The notes under the pieces: model-generated
Database searches by the model: none
The model's input: only the letters and a program-made list of their open reading frames with translations
Told to the model about the DNA's origin: nothing
Made by a program: the position numbers and the translations under genes
Shown here: one piece after another, positions 37,567 to 49,800 of the stretch
How positions within the stretch are numbered: the stretch's first letter is position 1
How the letters are laid out: the number at the start of each line of letters is the position of its first letter
Assembly (NCBI GenBank): GCA_964016885.1
Contig: OZ024754.1
Location: 32,674,001 to 32,738,000 of the forward strand
From: Eledone cirrhosa
Lineage: Eukaryota
Length of the DNA stretch: 64,000 nucleotides
Direction: 5' to 3'

Positions 37567-37702
37567 GCATACAGGTACACATACATATATGCACGCATCA
37601 GTTTAGCCGACGTTTATTATAACGCAGCTTTGTTCGCTTGTTTGTCAACAAACCGAACAGCCTGAATTTATGCCATACGGTGTTAAGGCAACCACGTCAC
37701 CT
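36899..37702. repeat. Direct duplication of ~308 bp (period ~496) around a 188-bp hammerhead-containing spacer
   Basis: 36899-37207 matches 37396-37702 apart from the internal TA/CA tract. Confidence 0.95.
37230..37274 (-). ncRNA. Minimal type I hammerhead ribozyme
   Basis: Minus strand AACGGTG CTGATGA TAGC TAACAA GCTT GAAA CTAG TA CATCGTT; palindromic ACTAGT stem III and GUA triplet. Confidence 0.8.
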
Positions 37703-37954
37703 CGCTTAAACTTGCGAAGCAGTTTTAGTTGCTTGTGGCATTGATTCGCGGCCATTTTGAGATATTGCCTTTGAAGAGTTTATTTCATTATCATTATACT
37801 AGTCACTAATTTACGATGTTACTTATTTTGTCATTCTCTGTTCATCAAATCACCACATTATGTTTTGGCATTGTTGTGCGAGAGTACGACACCCCGCTGA
37901 CGAGAATGGGCTGGACCACTACATATAAATAGTAGCGGCCTGGGTAAGTGGATA

Positions 37955-38585
37955 AGTTAGTACTAGTTTTACAGTTTGTATGTTGATAGTCAAAGTTGGT
38001 ACTAGTTCTACAGTTCATGTGCTGATAGTCAAAGTTGGTACCAGTTCCACAGTTCGTGTGTTGATAGTCGGAGTTGGTACTAGTTCCACAGTTGGTGTGT
38101 TGATAGTCACAGTTGGTAACAGTTCCACAGTTCATGTGTTGATAGTCAAAGTTGGTACCAGTTCCACAGTTCGTCTGTTGATAGTCGGAGTTGATGGGTT
38201 GATAGACAAAGTTGGTGTGTTGATAGTCACAGTTGGTAACAGTTCCACAGTTCGTGTGTTGATAGTCAAAGTTGGTACCAGTTCCACAGTTCGTGTGTTG
38301 ATAGTCAAAGTTGGTAACAGTTCCACAGTTCGTGTGTTGATAGTCGGAGTTGATGGGTTGATAGACAAAGTTGGTGGGTTGATAGACAAAGTTGGTACTA
38401 GTTCCACAGTTGGTGTGTTGATAGTCAAAGTTAGTACTGGTTCCACAGTTGGTGTGTTGATAGTCAAAGTTGTTACTAGTTCTACAGTTGGTGTGTTGAT
38501 AGTCAAAGTTGTTACTAGTTCCACAGTTTGTGTGTTGATAGACAAAGTTGGTACTAGTTCCACAGTTTGTGTGTTGATAGTCAAA
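37955..38585. repeat. 39-bp minisatellite with 21-bp variant units
   Basis: Unit GTGTTGATAGTCAAAGTTGGTACTAGTTCCACAGTTGGT; the minus frame reads (NFDYQHTNCGTST)n. Confidence 0.93.
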
Positions 38586-38639
38586 GCTGGAGTTGAAGTT
38601 CACAGTTCGAGTTAGTATGTTGGATTGTTGGTTCTTAAA

Positions 38640-38915
38640 ATATTGTTGTTATGTTACGTGTGGTTATTGCCGTTTGTTTCGATTGTATTGTTATTACACT
38701 ATTGCAGTGTATTCGTTTATCCAGAAGGACATAACAGGCATAGAGGTAAACACAAACATAAACATATATACACAAAGGACGGTATTCTACGAAATATCTA
38801 TCAACACATTTTGTTTAAAGTAGATTTCTCAAGCCTTAACTACAACAGAAGACATTTGCCAAAGTTGCCTCACTATAGGATCGAACCTGAAACCAATTTG
38901 AGGAGCAACATTCTT
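38640..38915 (-). mobile_element. Degraded CORE-type SINE
   Basis: Minus strand GGTTCGATCC...GGCAACTTTGGCAAATGTCTTCT (B-box and CORE-like block). Confidence 0.45.
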
Positions 38916-39044
38916 AAAATGCAAGGGGACAAAAACAACACAGAGCGGGCTTTACATCAAGTAAAGAGAAGAGGTTTCTATCAAAGAGAAAACAGTAGAT
39001 GCAACGATAACAATAAGTACAGTAGTCATGACATTAACGATAAC

Positions 39045-39180
39045 AATAATTGCTTTTAACACAAACACAAGGGCGGGCAATTTTGAAGGTAGCGGTTAGT
39101 CAATTAAATCGGCCCTAATACTTGACTGGTCCTTTATTTAATCGAGCCCCGAATAGAGGAGAAATAAAAGTTGACACAGC
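39045..39180 (-). mobile_element. Degraded SINE 3' half (1193 family)
   Basis: GACTGGTCCTTTATTTAATCGAGCCCCGAA...AAAGTTGAC resembles the reverse complement of the central block. Confidence 0.55.
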
Positions 39181-39605
39181 TGGAGAGGGGACTAAATAAA
39201 CTGCAACATTCCATTCTCTCTACTCACCTCCAACCTTCACCCCTATACAGTTTCAAGCACATAAATGCTAAGAAGACTTATACATGCAAAAATGCATCCA
39301 TGAGAATTAAATGTATATATAGTATTCCAGAGTCTGATACGACAGACTGAATCGATTCAGGTTTGTATGAAAAGAATTGTCAATCAATGGCTGAAAAGTT
39401 ATATTGATTTCTAAATCATGCTTTTGGTGAATGGGAAGTATGAAGAAGGTTCTTTTAGTAGTGAAGGCATTAGCAACGAAACTGAAGTGAAAAAGTTACG
39501 AGTGGGGAATGGAAACCACGCGCACATTCCTACCTCTTAAACTATAGCACTTATTATGTGAATATATAGGTACTAATACAGATACACACACGTGTATGTA
39601 TATAT

Positions 39606-39681
<76 letters not shown>

Positions 39682-39870
39682 GTATATATATATATATTTA
39701 TATATATACGTATATATATATATACATAATATATATCTACACACACATACATATATATATATATACACATAATATATATATATATATATACATAATATAT
39801 TATATATATATATATATATATAGACAGAGAGAGCCATGTATATGCATAAATGCGCGCGCACACACAAACA

Positions 39871-39970
<100 letters not shown>

Positions 39971-39971
39971 T

Positions 39972-40041
<70 letters not shown>

Positions 40042-40810
40042 TCTCTATACATTATATTCTATATAACGCCATATACCAGCATACAAAGAGTGGATGTATA
40101 TAGCCAACCATACCATACAGTGAATATGTATCAGCAAAATGAAGACGATCAAATGAAGTTTCTTTGTAAATCGTCTGAAAATGTCCGGAAATGACATGAA
40201 AGTACAGTCGTCTTTACATGTTTTCGGCCATTGCGAAGGAAACGGAAAAATGGAGAAATTGCGTAAAGCCAAGCTCTGTGAAGAGGCGCGCGAAGCCAAG
40301 CAAAAGAGAGCAGAACGCATAATAAGATAGTGAAAGTTGGCTGGAAATACAAATTGTAAAGAAATACTGGATAAAAGAAATGGAAAGTAAAAGAAAAAGA
40401 TGTTTCGGGTGCAAAATTGAAGAAGAATTTACAGTCAGTGTAAATGTTAGTGACCGATAAACTTGAGCTTTTGTTATTCTACGATCACTAACATCAGAAC
40501 CTGCGCTATCATTTAGGCTAACTTGGCAGACACCCAGGGCGCAAATGTCAGAGAAGCACATTTCTGAATCTTTAAAGACTTCAATTTTTTAGAAAGCGGC
40601 GGAGAAGGTCGTATGGTGTTATGACCTACCACAGGATTTGGTGTGGGTGAGGGTGGACGGACTGTGCAATGAAAAAATGAAGAACAAGAAGTCAAAAACT
40701 AGATTCGTCACTTTACCAAAGTGTAATTTGTAAGTGGGATATACAGCTGTTTAGGTGCAATCGTCACTATAGCAAGACATCACCAATAATAACAGAAAAG
40801 AAGATAACTG

Positions 40811-43800
40811 CGATGGTGCTGATGCTGATGGTGGTGATGGTGTTGGTGGTGGTGATGATGGTGTTGGTTACGATGTGGTGGTGGAGATACTGGTGCTGTT
40901 GGAGTTGTTGTTCGATATGGTAGTGGTATTAGTAGTGGTTGTGTTAGTGGTGGTGTTAGATGGTGGTAGATGGTTGGGGTAATGGTGTTATTGATCGTGT
41001 TGGTAGTGGTGTTTGGCAAAATGGTGGTAGCACTTGTGGTGGTGTTTGTGGTGTTGGAGGTAATGGTGGTGTTGGTAGTGGTGTTTGTGGTGTTGGTGGT
41101 AACGGTGGTGTTGNNNNNNNNNNNNNNNNNNNNNNNNNNNNNNNNNNNNNNNNNNNNNNNNNNNNNNNNNNNNNNNNNNNNNNNNNNNNNNNNNNNNNNN
41201 NNNNNNNNNNNNNNNNNNNNNNNNNNNNNNNNNNNNNNNNNNNNNNNNNNNNNNNNNNNNNNNNNNNNNNNNNNNNNNNNNNNNNNNNNNNNNNNNNNNN
41301 NNNNNNNNNNNNNGGTGTTTGTGGTGATGGTGGTAATGTTGGTGTTGGTAGTGGTGTTTGTGGTGATGGTGGTGTTGGTAGTGGTGTTTGTGGTGATGGT
41401 GGTAATGGTGGTGTTGGTAGTGGTGTTTGTGGTGATGGTGGTAATGGTGGTGTTGGTATTGGTGTTTGTGGTGATGGTGGTGATGGTGGTGTTGGTAGTG
41501 GTGTTTGTGGTGATGGTGGTAATGGTGGTGTTGGTAGTGGTGTTTGTGGTGATGGTGGTAATGGTGGTGTTGGTATTGGTGTTTGTGGTGATGGTGGTAA
41601 TGGTGGTGTTGGTAGTGGTGTTTGTGGTGATGGTGGTAATGGTGGTGTTGGTAGTGGTGTTTGTGGTGATGGTGGTAATGGTGGTGTTGGTAGTGGTGTT
41701 TGTGGTGATGGTGGTAATGGTGGTGTTGGTAGTGGTGTTTGTGGTGATGGTGGTAATGGTGGTGTTGGTAGTGGTGTTTGTGGTGATGGTGGTAATGGTG
41801 GTGTTGGTAGTGGTGTTTGTGGTGATGGTGGTAATGGTGGTGTTGGTAGTGGTGTTTGTGGTGATGGTGGTAATGGTGGTGTTGGTAGTGGTGTTTGTGG
41901 TGTTTGTGGTGATGGTGGTGTTGGTAGTGGTGTTTGTGGTGATGGTGGTAATGGTGGTGTTGGTATTGGTGTTTGTGGTGATGGTGGTAATGGTGGTGTT
42001 GGTAGTGGTGTTTGTGGTGATGGTGGTAATGGTGGTGTTGGTAGTGGTGTTTGTGGTGATGGTGGTAATGGTGGTGTTGGTAGTGGTGTTTGTGGTGATG
42101 GTGGTAATGGTGGTGTTGGTAGTGGTGTTTGTGGTGATGGTGGTAATGGTGGTGTTGGTAGTGGTGTTTGTGGTGATGGTGGTAATGGTGGTGTTGGTAG
42201 TGGTGTTTGTGGTGATGGTGGTAATGGTGGTGTTGGTAGTGGTGTTTGTGGTGATGGTGGTAATGGTGGTGTTGGTAGTGGTGTTTGTGGTGTTTGTGGT
42301 GATGGTGGTGTTGGTAGTGGTGTTTGTGGTGATGGTGGTAATGGTGGTGTTGGTATTGGTGTTTGTGGTGATGGTGGTAATGGTGGTGTTGGTAGTGGTG
42401 TTTGTGGTGATGGTGGTAATGGTGGTGTTGGTAGTGGTGTTTGTGGTGATGGTGGTAATGGTGGTGTTGGTAGTGGTGTTTGTGGTGATGGTGGTAATGG
42501 TGGTGTTGGTAGTGGTGTTTGTGGTGTTTGTGGTGATGGTGGTGTTGGTAGTGGTGTTTGTGGTGATGGTGGTAATGGTGGTGTTGGTATTGGTGTTTGT
42601 GGTGATGGTGGTAATGGTGGTGTTGGTAGTGGTGTTTGTGGTGATGGTGGTAATGGTGGTGTTGGTATTGGTGTTTGTGGTGATGGTGGTAATGGTGGTG
42701 TTGGTAGTGGTGTTTGTGGTGATGGTGGTAATGGTGGTGTTGGTATTGGTGTTTGTGGTGATGGTGGTGTTGGTAGTGGTGTTTGTGGTGATGGTGGTAA
42801 TGGTGGTGTTGGTAGTGGTGTTTGTGGTGATGGTGGTAATGGTGGTGTTGGTATTGGTGTTTGTGGTGATGGTGGTAATGGTGGTGTTGGTATTGGTGTT
42901 TGTGGTGATGGTGGTGTTGGTAGTGGTGTTTGTGGTGATGGTGGTAATGGTGGTGTTGGTAGTGGTGTTTGTGGTGATGGTGGTAATGGTGGTGTTGGTA
43001 TTGGTGTTTGTGGTGATGGTGGTAATGGTGGTGTTGGTAGTGGTGTTTGTGGTGATGGTGGTAATGGTGGTGTTGGTAGTGGTGTTTGTGGTGTTGGTGG
43101 TAATGGTGGTGTTGGTATTGGTGTTTGTGGTGATGGTGGTGTTGGTAGTGGTGTTTGTGGTGATGGTGGTAATGGTGGTGTTGGTAGTGGTGTTTGTGGT
43201 GTTGGTGGTAATGGTGGTGTTGGTATTGGTGTTTGTGGTGATGGTGGTGTTGGTAGTGGTGTTTGTGGTGATGGTGGTAATGGTGGTGTTGGTATTGGTG
43301 TTTGTGGTGATGGTGGTAATGGTGGTGTTGGTAGTGGTGTTTGTGGTGTTGGTGGTAATGGTGGTGTTGGTATTGGTGTTTGTGGTGATGGTGGTGTTGG
43401 TAGTGGTGTTTGTGGTGATGGTGGTAATGGTGGTGTTGGTATTGGTGTTTGTGGTGATGGTGGTAATGGTGGTGTTGGTAGTGGTGTTTGTGGTGATGGT
43501 GGTAATGGTGGTGTTGGTATTGGTGTTTGTGGTGATGGTGGTAATGGTGGTGTTGGTATTGGTGTTTGTGGTGATGGTGGTGTTGGTAGTGGTGTTTGTG
43601 GTGATGGTGGTAATGGTGGTGTTGGTAGTGGTGTTTGTGGTGATGGTGGTAATGGTGGTGTTGGTATTGGTGTTTGTGGTGATGGTGGTAATGGTGGTGT
43701 TGGTAGTGGTGTTTGTGGTGATGGTGGTAATGGTGGTGTTGGTAGTGGTGTTTGTGGTGATGGTGGTAATGGTGGTGTTGGTATTGGTGTTTGTGGTGAT

Positions 43801-46800
43801 GGTGGTAATGGTGGTGTTGGTATTGGTGTTTGTGGTGATGGTGGTGTTGGTAGTGGTGTTTGTGGTGATGGTGGTAATGGTGGTGTTGGTAGTGGTGTTT
43901 GTGGTGATGGTGGTAATGGTGGTGTTGGTATTGGTGTTTGTGGTGATGGTGGTAATGGTGGTGTTGGTATTGGTGTTTGTGGTGATGGTGGTGTTGGTAG
44001 TGGTGTTTGTGGTGATGGTGGTAATGGTGGTGTTGGTAGTGGTGTTTGTGGTGATGGTGGTAATGGTGGTGTTGGTATTGGTGTTTGTGGTGATGGTGGT
44101 AATGGTGGTGTTGGTAGTGGTGTTTGTGGTGATGGTGGTAATGTTGGTGTTGGTAGTGGTGTTTGTGGTGTTGGTGGTAATGGTGGTGTTGGTATTGGTG
44201 TTTGTGGTGATGGTGGTAATGGTGGTGTTGGTATTGGTGTTTGTGGTGATGGTGGTGTTGGTAGTGGTGTTTGTGGTGATGGTGGTAATGGTGGTGTTGG
44301 TAGTGGTGTTTGTGGTGATGGTGGTAATGGTGGTGTTGGTATTGGTGTTTGTGGTGATGGTGGTGTTGGTAGTGGTGTTTGTGGTGATGGTGGTAATGGT
44401 GGTGTTGGTAGTGGTGTTTGTGGTGATGGTGGTAATGGTGGTGTTGGTAGTGGTGTTTGTGGTGTTTGTGGTGATGGTGGTGTTGGTAGTGGTGTTTGTG
44501 GTGATGGTGGTAACGGTGGTGTTGGTAGTGGTGTTTGTGGTGTTGGTGGTGTTGGTAGTGGTGTTTGTGGTGATGGTGGTAATGGTGGTGTTGGTAGTGG
44601 TGTTTGTGGTGATGGTGGTGTTGGTAGTGGTGTTTGTGGTGATGGTGGTAATGGTGGTGTTGGTAGTGGTGTTTGTGGTGGTGGTGGTAATGGTGGTGTT
44701 GGTAGTGGTGTTTGTGGTGATGGTGGTGTTGGTAGTGGTGTTTGTGGTGATGGTGGTAATGGTGGTATTGGTAGTGGTGTTTGTGGTGATGGTGGTAATG
44801 GTGGTGTTAGTAGTGGTGTTTGTGGTGATGGTGGTAATGGTGGTGTTGGTAGTGGTGTTTGTGGTGATGGTGGTAATGGTGGTGTTGGTAGTGGTGTTTT
44901 TGGTGATGGTGGTAATGGTGGTGTTGGTATTGGTGTTTGTGGTGATGGTGGTAATGGTGGTGTTGGTAGTGGTGTTTGTGGTGTTGGTGGTAATGGTGGT
45001 GTTGGTATTGGTGTTTGTGGTGATGGTGGTGTTGGTAGTGGTGTTTGTGGTGATGGTGGTAATGGTGGTGTTGGTATTGGTGTTTGTGGTGATGGTGGTA
45101 ATGGTGGTGTTGGTAGTGGTGTTTGTGGTGATGGTGGTAATGGTGGTGTTGGTATTGGTGTTTGTGGTGATGGTGGTAATGGTGGTGTTGGTATTGGTGT
45201 TTGTGGTGATGGTGGTGTTGGTAGTGGTGTTTGTGGTGATGGTGGTAATGGTGGTGTTGGTAGTGGTGTTTGTGGTGATGGTGGTAATGGTGGTGTTGGT
45301 ATTGGTGTTTGTGGTGATGGTGGTAATGGTGGTGTTGGTAGTGGTGTTTGTGGTGATGGTGGTAATGGTGGTGTTGGTAGTGGTGTTTGTGGTGATGGTG
45401 GTAATGGTGGTGTTGGTATTGGTGTTTGTGGTGATGGTGGTAATGGTGGTGTTGGTATTGGTGTTTGTGGTGATGGTGGTGTTGGTAGTGGTGTTTGTGG
45501 TGATGGTGGTAATGGTGGTGTTGGTAGTGGTGTTTGTGGTGATGGTGGTAATGGTGGTGTTGGTATTGGTGTTTGTGGTGATGGTGGTAATGGTGGTGTT
45601 GGTATTGGTGTTTGTGGTGATGGTGGTGTTGGTAGTGGTGTTTGTGGTGATGGTGGTAATGGTGGTGTTGGTAGTGGTGTTTGTGGTGATGGTGGTAATG
45701 GTGGTGTTGGTATTGGTGTTTGTGGTGATGGTGGTAATGGTGGTGTTGGTAGTGGTGTTTGTGGTGATGGTGGTAATGTTGGTGTTGGTAGTGGTGTTTG
45801 TGGTGTTGGTGGTAATGGTGGTGTTGGTATTGGTGTTTGTGGTGATGGTGGTAATGGTGGTGTTGGTATTGGTGTTTGTGGTGATGGTGGTGTTGGTAGT
45901 GGTGTTTGTGGTGATGGTGGTAATGGTGGTGTTGGTAGTGGTGTTTGTGGTGATGGTGGTAATGGTGGTGTTGGTATTGGTGTTTGTGGTGATGGTGGTG
46001 TTGGTAGTGGTGTTTGTGGTGATGGTGGTAATGGTGGTGTTGGTAGTGGTGTTTGTGGTGATGGTGGTAATGGTGGTGTTGGTAGTGGTGTTTGTGGTGT
46101 TTGTGGTGATGGTGGTGTTGGTAGTGGTGTTTGTGGTGATGGTGGTAACGGTGGTGTTGGTAGTGGTGTTTGTGGTGTTGGTGGTGTTGGTAGTGGTGTT
46201 TGTGGTGATGGTGGTAATGGTGGTGTTGGTAGTGGTGTTTGTGGTGATGGTGGTGTTGGTAGTGGTGTTTGTGGTGATGGTGGTAATGGTGGTGTTGGTA
46301 GTGGTGTTTGTGGTGGTGGTGGTAATGGTGGTGTTGGTAGTGGTGTTTGTGGTGATGGTGGTGTTGGTAGTGGTGTTTGTGGTGATGGTGGTAATGGTGG
46401 TATTGGTAGTGGTGTTTGTGGTGATGGTGGTAATGGTGGTGTTAGTAGTGGTGTTTGTGGTGATGGTGGTAATGGTGGTGTTGGTAGTGGTGTTTGTGGT
46501 GATGGTGGTAATGGTGGTGTTGGTAGTGGTGTTTGTGGTGATGGTGGTAATGGTGGTGTTGGTATTGGTGTTTGTGGTGATGGTGGTAATGGTGGTGATG
46601 GTAGTGGTGTTTGTGGTGATGGTGGTAATGGTGGTGTTAGTAGTGGTGTTTGTGGTGATGGTGGTAATGGTGGTGTTGGTATTGGTGTTTGTGGTGATGG
46701 TGGTAATGGTGGTGTTAGTAGTGGTGTTTGTGGTGATGGTGGTAATGGTGGTGTTGGTAGTGGTGTTTGTGGTGATGGTGGTAATGGTGGTGTTGGTAGT

Positions 46801-49800
46801 GGTGTTTGTGGTGATGGTGGTAATGGTGGTGTTGGTATTGGTGTTTGTGGTGATGGTGGTAATGGTGGTGTTGGTAGTGGTGTTTGTGGTGATGGTGGTA
46901 ATGGTGGTGTTAGTAGTGGTGTTTGTGGTGATGGTGGTAATGGTGGTGTTAGTAGTGGTGTTTGTGGTGATGGTGGTAATGGTGGTGTTGGTAGTGGTGT
47001 TTGTGGTGATGGTGGTAATGGTGGTGTTGGTAGTGGTGTTTGTGGTGATGGTGGTAATGGTGGTGTTGGTAGTGGTGTTTGTGGTGATGGTGGTAATGGT
47101 GGTGTTGGTAGTGGTGTTTGTGGTGATGGTGGTAACGGTGGTGTTGGTAGTGGTGTTTGTGGTGTTGGTGGTAATGGTGGTGTTGGTGGTGTTGGTAGTG
47201 GTGTTTGTGGTGTTGGTGGTAATGGTGGTGTTGGTGGTGTTGGTAGTGGTGTTTGTGGTGTTGGTGGTAATGGTGGTGTTGGTGGTGTTGGTAGTGGTGT
47301 TTGTGGTGTTGGTGGTGTTGGTAGTGGTGTTTGTGGGGATGGTGGTAATGGTGGTGTTGGTAGTGGTGTTTGTGGTGATGGTGGTGTTGGTAGTGGTGTT
47401 TGTGGTGATGGTGGTAATGGTGGTGTTGGTAGTGGTGTTTGTGGTGTTGGTGGTAATTGTGGTGATGGTGGTGTTGGTAGTGGTGTTTGTGGTGTTAGTG
47501 GTGTTGGTAGTGGTGTTTGTGGTGATGGTGGTGATGGTGGTAATGGTGGTGTTGGTAGTGGTGTTTGTGGTGTTTGTGGTGATGGTGGTAGTGGTGGTGT
47601 TGGTAGTGGTGTTTGTGGTGATGGTGGTGATGGTGGTAATGGTGGTGTTGGTAGTGGTGTTTGTGGTGATGGTGGTGATGGTGGTAATGGTGGTGTTGGT
47701 AGTGGTGTTTGTGGTGATGGTGGTAATGGTGGTCTTGGTGGTGTTGGTAGTGGTGTTTGTGGTGATGGTGGTAATGGTGGTGTTGGTGGTGTTGGTAGTG
47801 GTGTTTGTGGTGATGGTGGTGATGGTGGTAATGGTGGTGTTGGTAGTGGTGTTTGTGGTGATGGTGGTGATGGTGGTAATGGTGGTGTTGGTAGTGGTGT
47901 TTGTGGTGATGGTGGTGATGGTGGTAATGGTGGTGTTGGTAGTGGTGTTTGTGGTGATGGTGGTAATGGTGGTGTTGGTAGTGGTGTTTGTGGTGATGGT
48001 GGTAACGGTGGTGTTGGTAGTGGTGTTTGTGGTGATGGTGGTAACGGTGGTGTTGGTAGTGGTGTTTGTGGTGTTGGTGGTAATGGTGGTGTTGGTGGTG
48101 TTGGTAGTGGTGTTTGTGGTGTTGGTGGTAATGGTGGTGTTGGTGGTGTTGGTAGTGGTGTTTGTGGTGATGGTGGTAACGGTGGTGTTGGTAGTGGTGT
48201 TTGTGGTGATGGTGGTAATGGTGGTGTTGGTAGTGGTGTTTGTGGTGATGGTGGTAATGGTGGTGTTAGTAGTGGTGTTTGTGGTGATGGTGGTAACGGT
48301 GGTGTTGGTAGTGGTGTTTGTGGTGATGGTGGTAATGGTGGTGTTGGTAGTGGTGTTTGTGGTGATGGTGGTAACGGTGGTGTTGGTAGTGGTGTTTGTG
48401 GTGTTGGTGGTAATGGTGGTGTTGGTGGTGTTGGTAGTGGTGTTTGTGGTGTTGGTGGTAATGGTGGTGTTGGTGGTGTTGGTAGTGGTGTTTGTGGTGT
48501 TGGTGGTAATGGTGGTGTTGGTGGTGTTGGTAGTGGTGTTTGTGGTGATGGTGGTAATGGTGGTGTTAGTAGTGGTGTTTGTGGTGATGGTGGTAACGGT
48601 GGTGTTGGTAGTGGTGTTTGTGGTGATGGTGGTAATGGTGGTGTTGGTAGTGGTGTTTGTGGTGATGGTGGTAACGGTGGTGTTGGTAGTGGTGTTTGTG
48701 GTGTTGGTGGTAATGGTGGTGTTGGTGGTGTTGGTAGTGGTGTTTGTGGTGTTGGTGGTAATGGTGGTGTTGGTGGTGTTGGTAGTGGTGTTTGTGGTGT
48801 TGGTGGTAATGGTGGTGTTGGTGGTGTTGGTAGTGGTGTTCGTGGTGTTGGTGGTGTTGGTAGTGGTGTTTGTGGGGATGGTGGTAATGGTGGTGTTGGT
48901 AGTGGTGTTTGTGGTGATGGTGGTGTTGGTAGTGGTGTTTGTGGTGATGGTGCTAATGGTGGTGTTGGTAGTGGTGTTTGTGGTGTTGGTGGTAATTGTG
49001 GTGATGGTGGTGTTGGTAGTGGTGTTTGTGGTGTTGGTGGTGTTGGTAGTGGTGTTTGTGGTGATGGTGCTGATGGTGGTAATGGTGGTGTTGGTAGTGG
49101 TGTTTGTGGTGTTTGTGGTGATGGTGGTAGTGGTGGTGTTGGTAGTGGTGTTTGTGGTGATGGTGGTGATGGTGGTAATGGTGGTGTTGGTAGTGGTGTT
49201 TGTGGTGTTTGTGGTGATGGTGGTAGTGGTGGTGTTGGTAGTGGTGTTTGTGGTGATGGTGGTGATGGTGGTAATGGTGGTGTTGGTAGTGGTGTTTGTG
49301 GTGATGGTGGTGATGGTGGTAATGGTGGTGTTGGTAGTGGTGTTTGTGGTGATGGTGGTAATGGTGGTGTTGGTGGTGTTGGTAGTGGTGTTTGTGGTGA
49401 TGGTGGTAATGGTGGTGTTGGTGGTGTTGGTAGTGGTGTTTGTGGTGATGGTGGTGATGGTGGTAATGGTGGTGTTGGTAGTGGTGTTTGTGGTGATGGT
49501 GGTGATGGTGGTAATGGTGGTGTTGGTAGTGGTGTTTGTGGTGATGGTGGTGATGGTGGTAATGGTGGTGTTGGTGGTGTTGGTAGTGGTGTTTGTGGTG
49601 ATGGTGGTAATGGTGGTGTTGGTGGTGTTGGTAGTGGTGTTTGTGGTGATGGTGGTGATGGTGGTAATGGTGGTGTTGGTAGTGGTGTTTGTGGTGATGG
49701 TGGTGATGGTGGTAATGGTGGTGTTGGTAGTGGTGTTTGTGGTGATGGTGGTAGTGGTGGTGTTGGTAGTGGTGTTTGTGGTGATGGTGGTAATGGTGGT

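Noticed and set aside
40135-40600. Possible decayed RTE linker-region coding relic (EEAREAKQKR...KKMFRV)
   Set aside because: Many stops and only vague resemblance; needs tBLASTn/HMM confirmation
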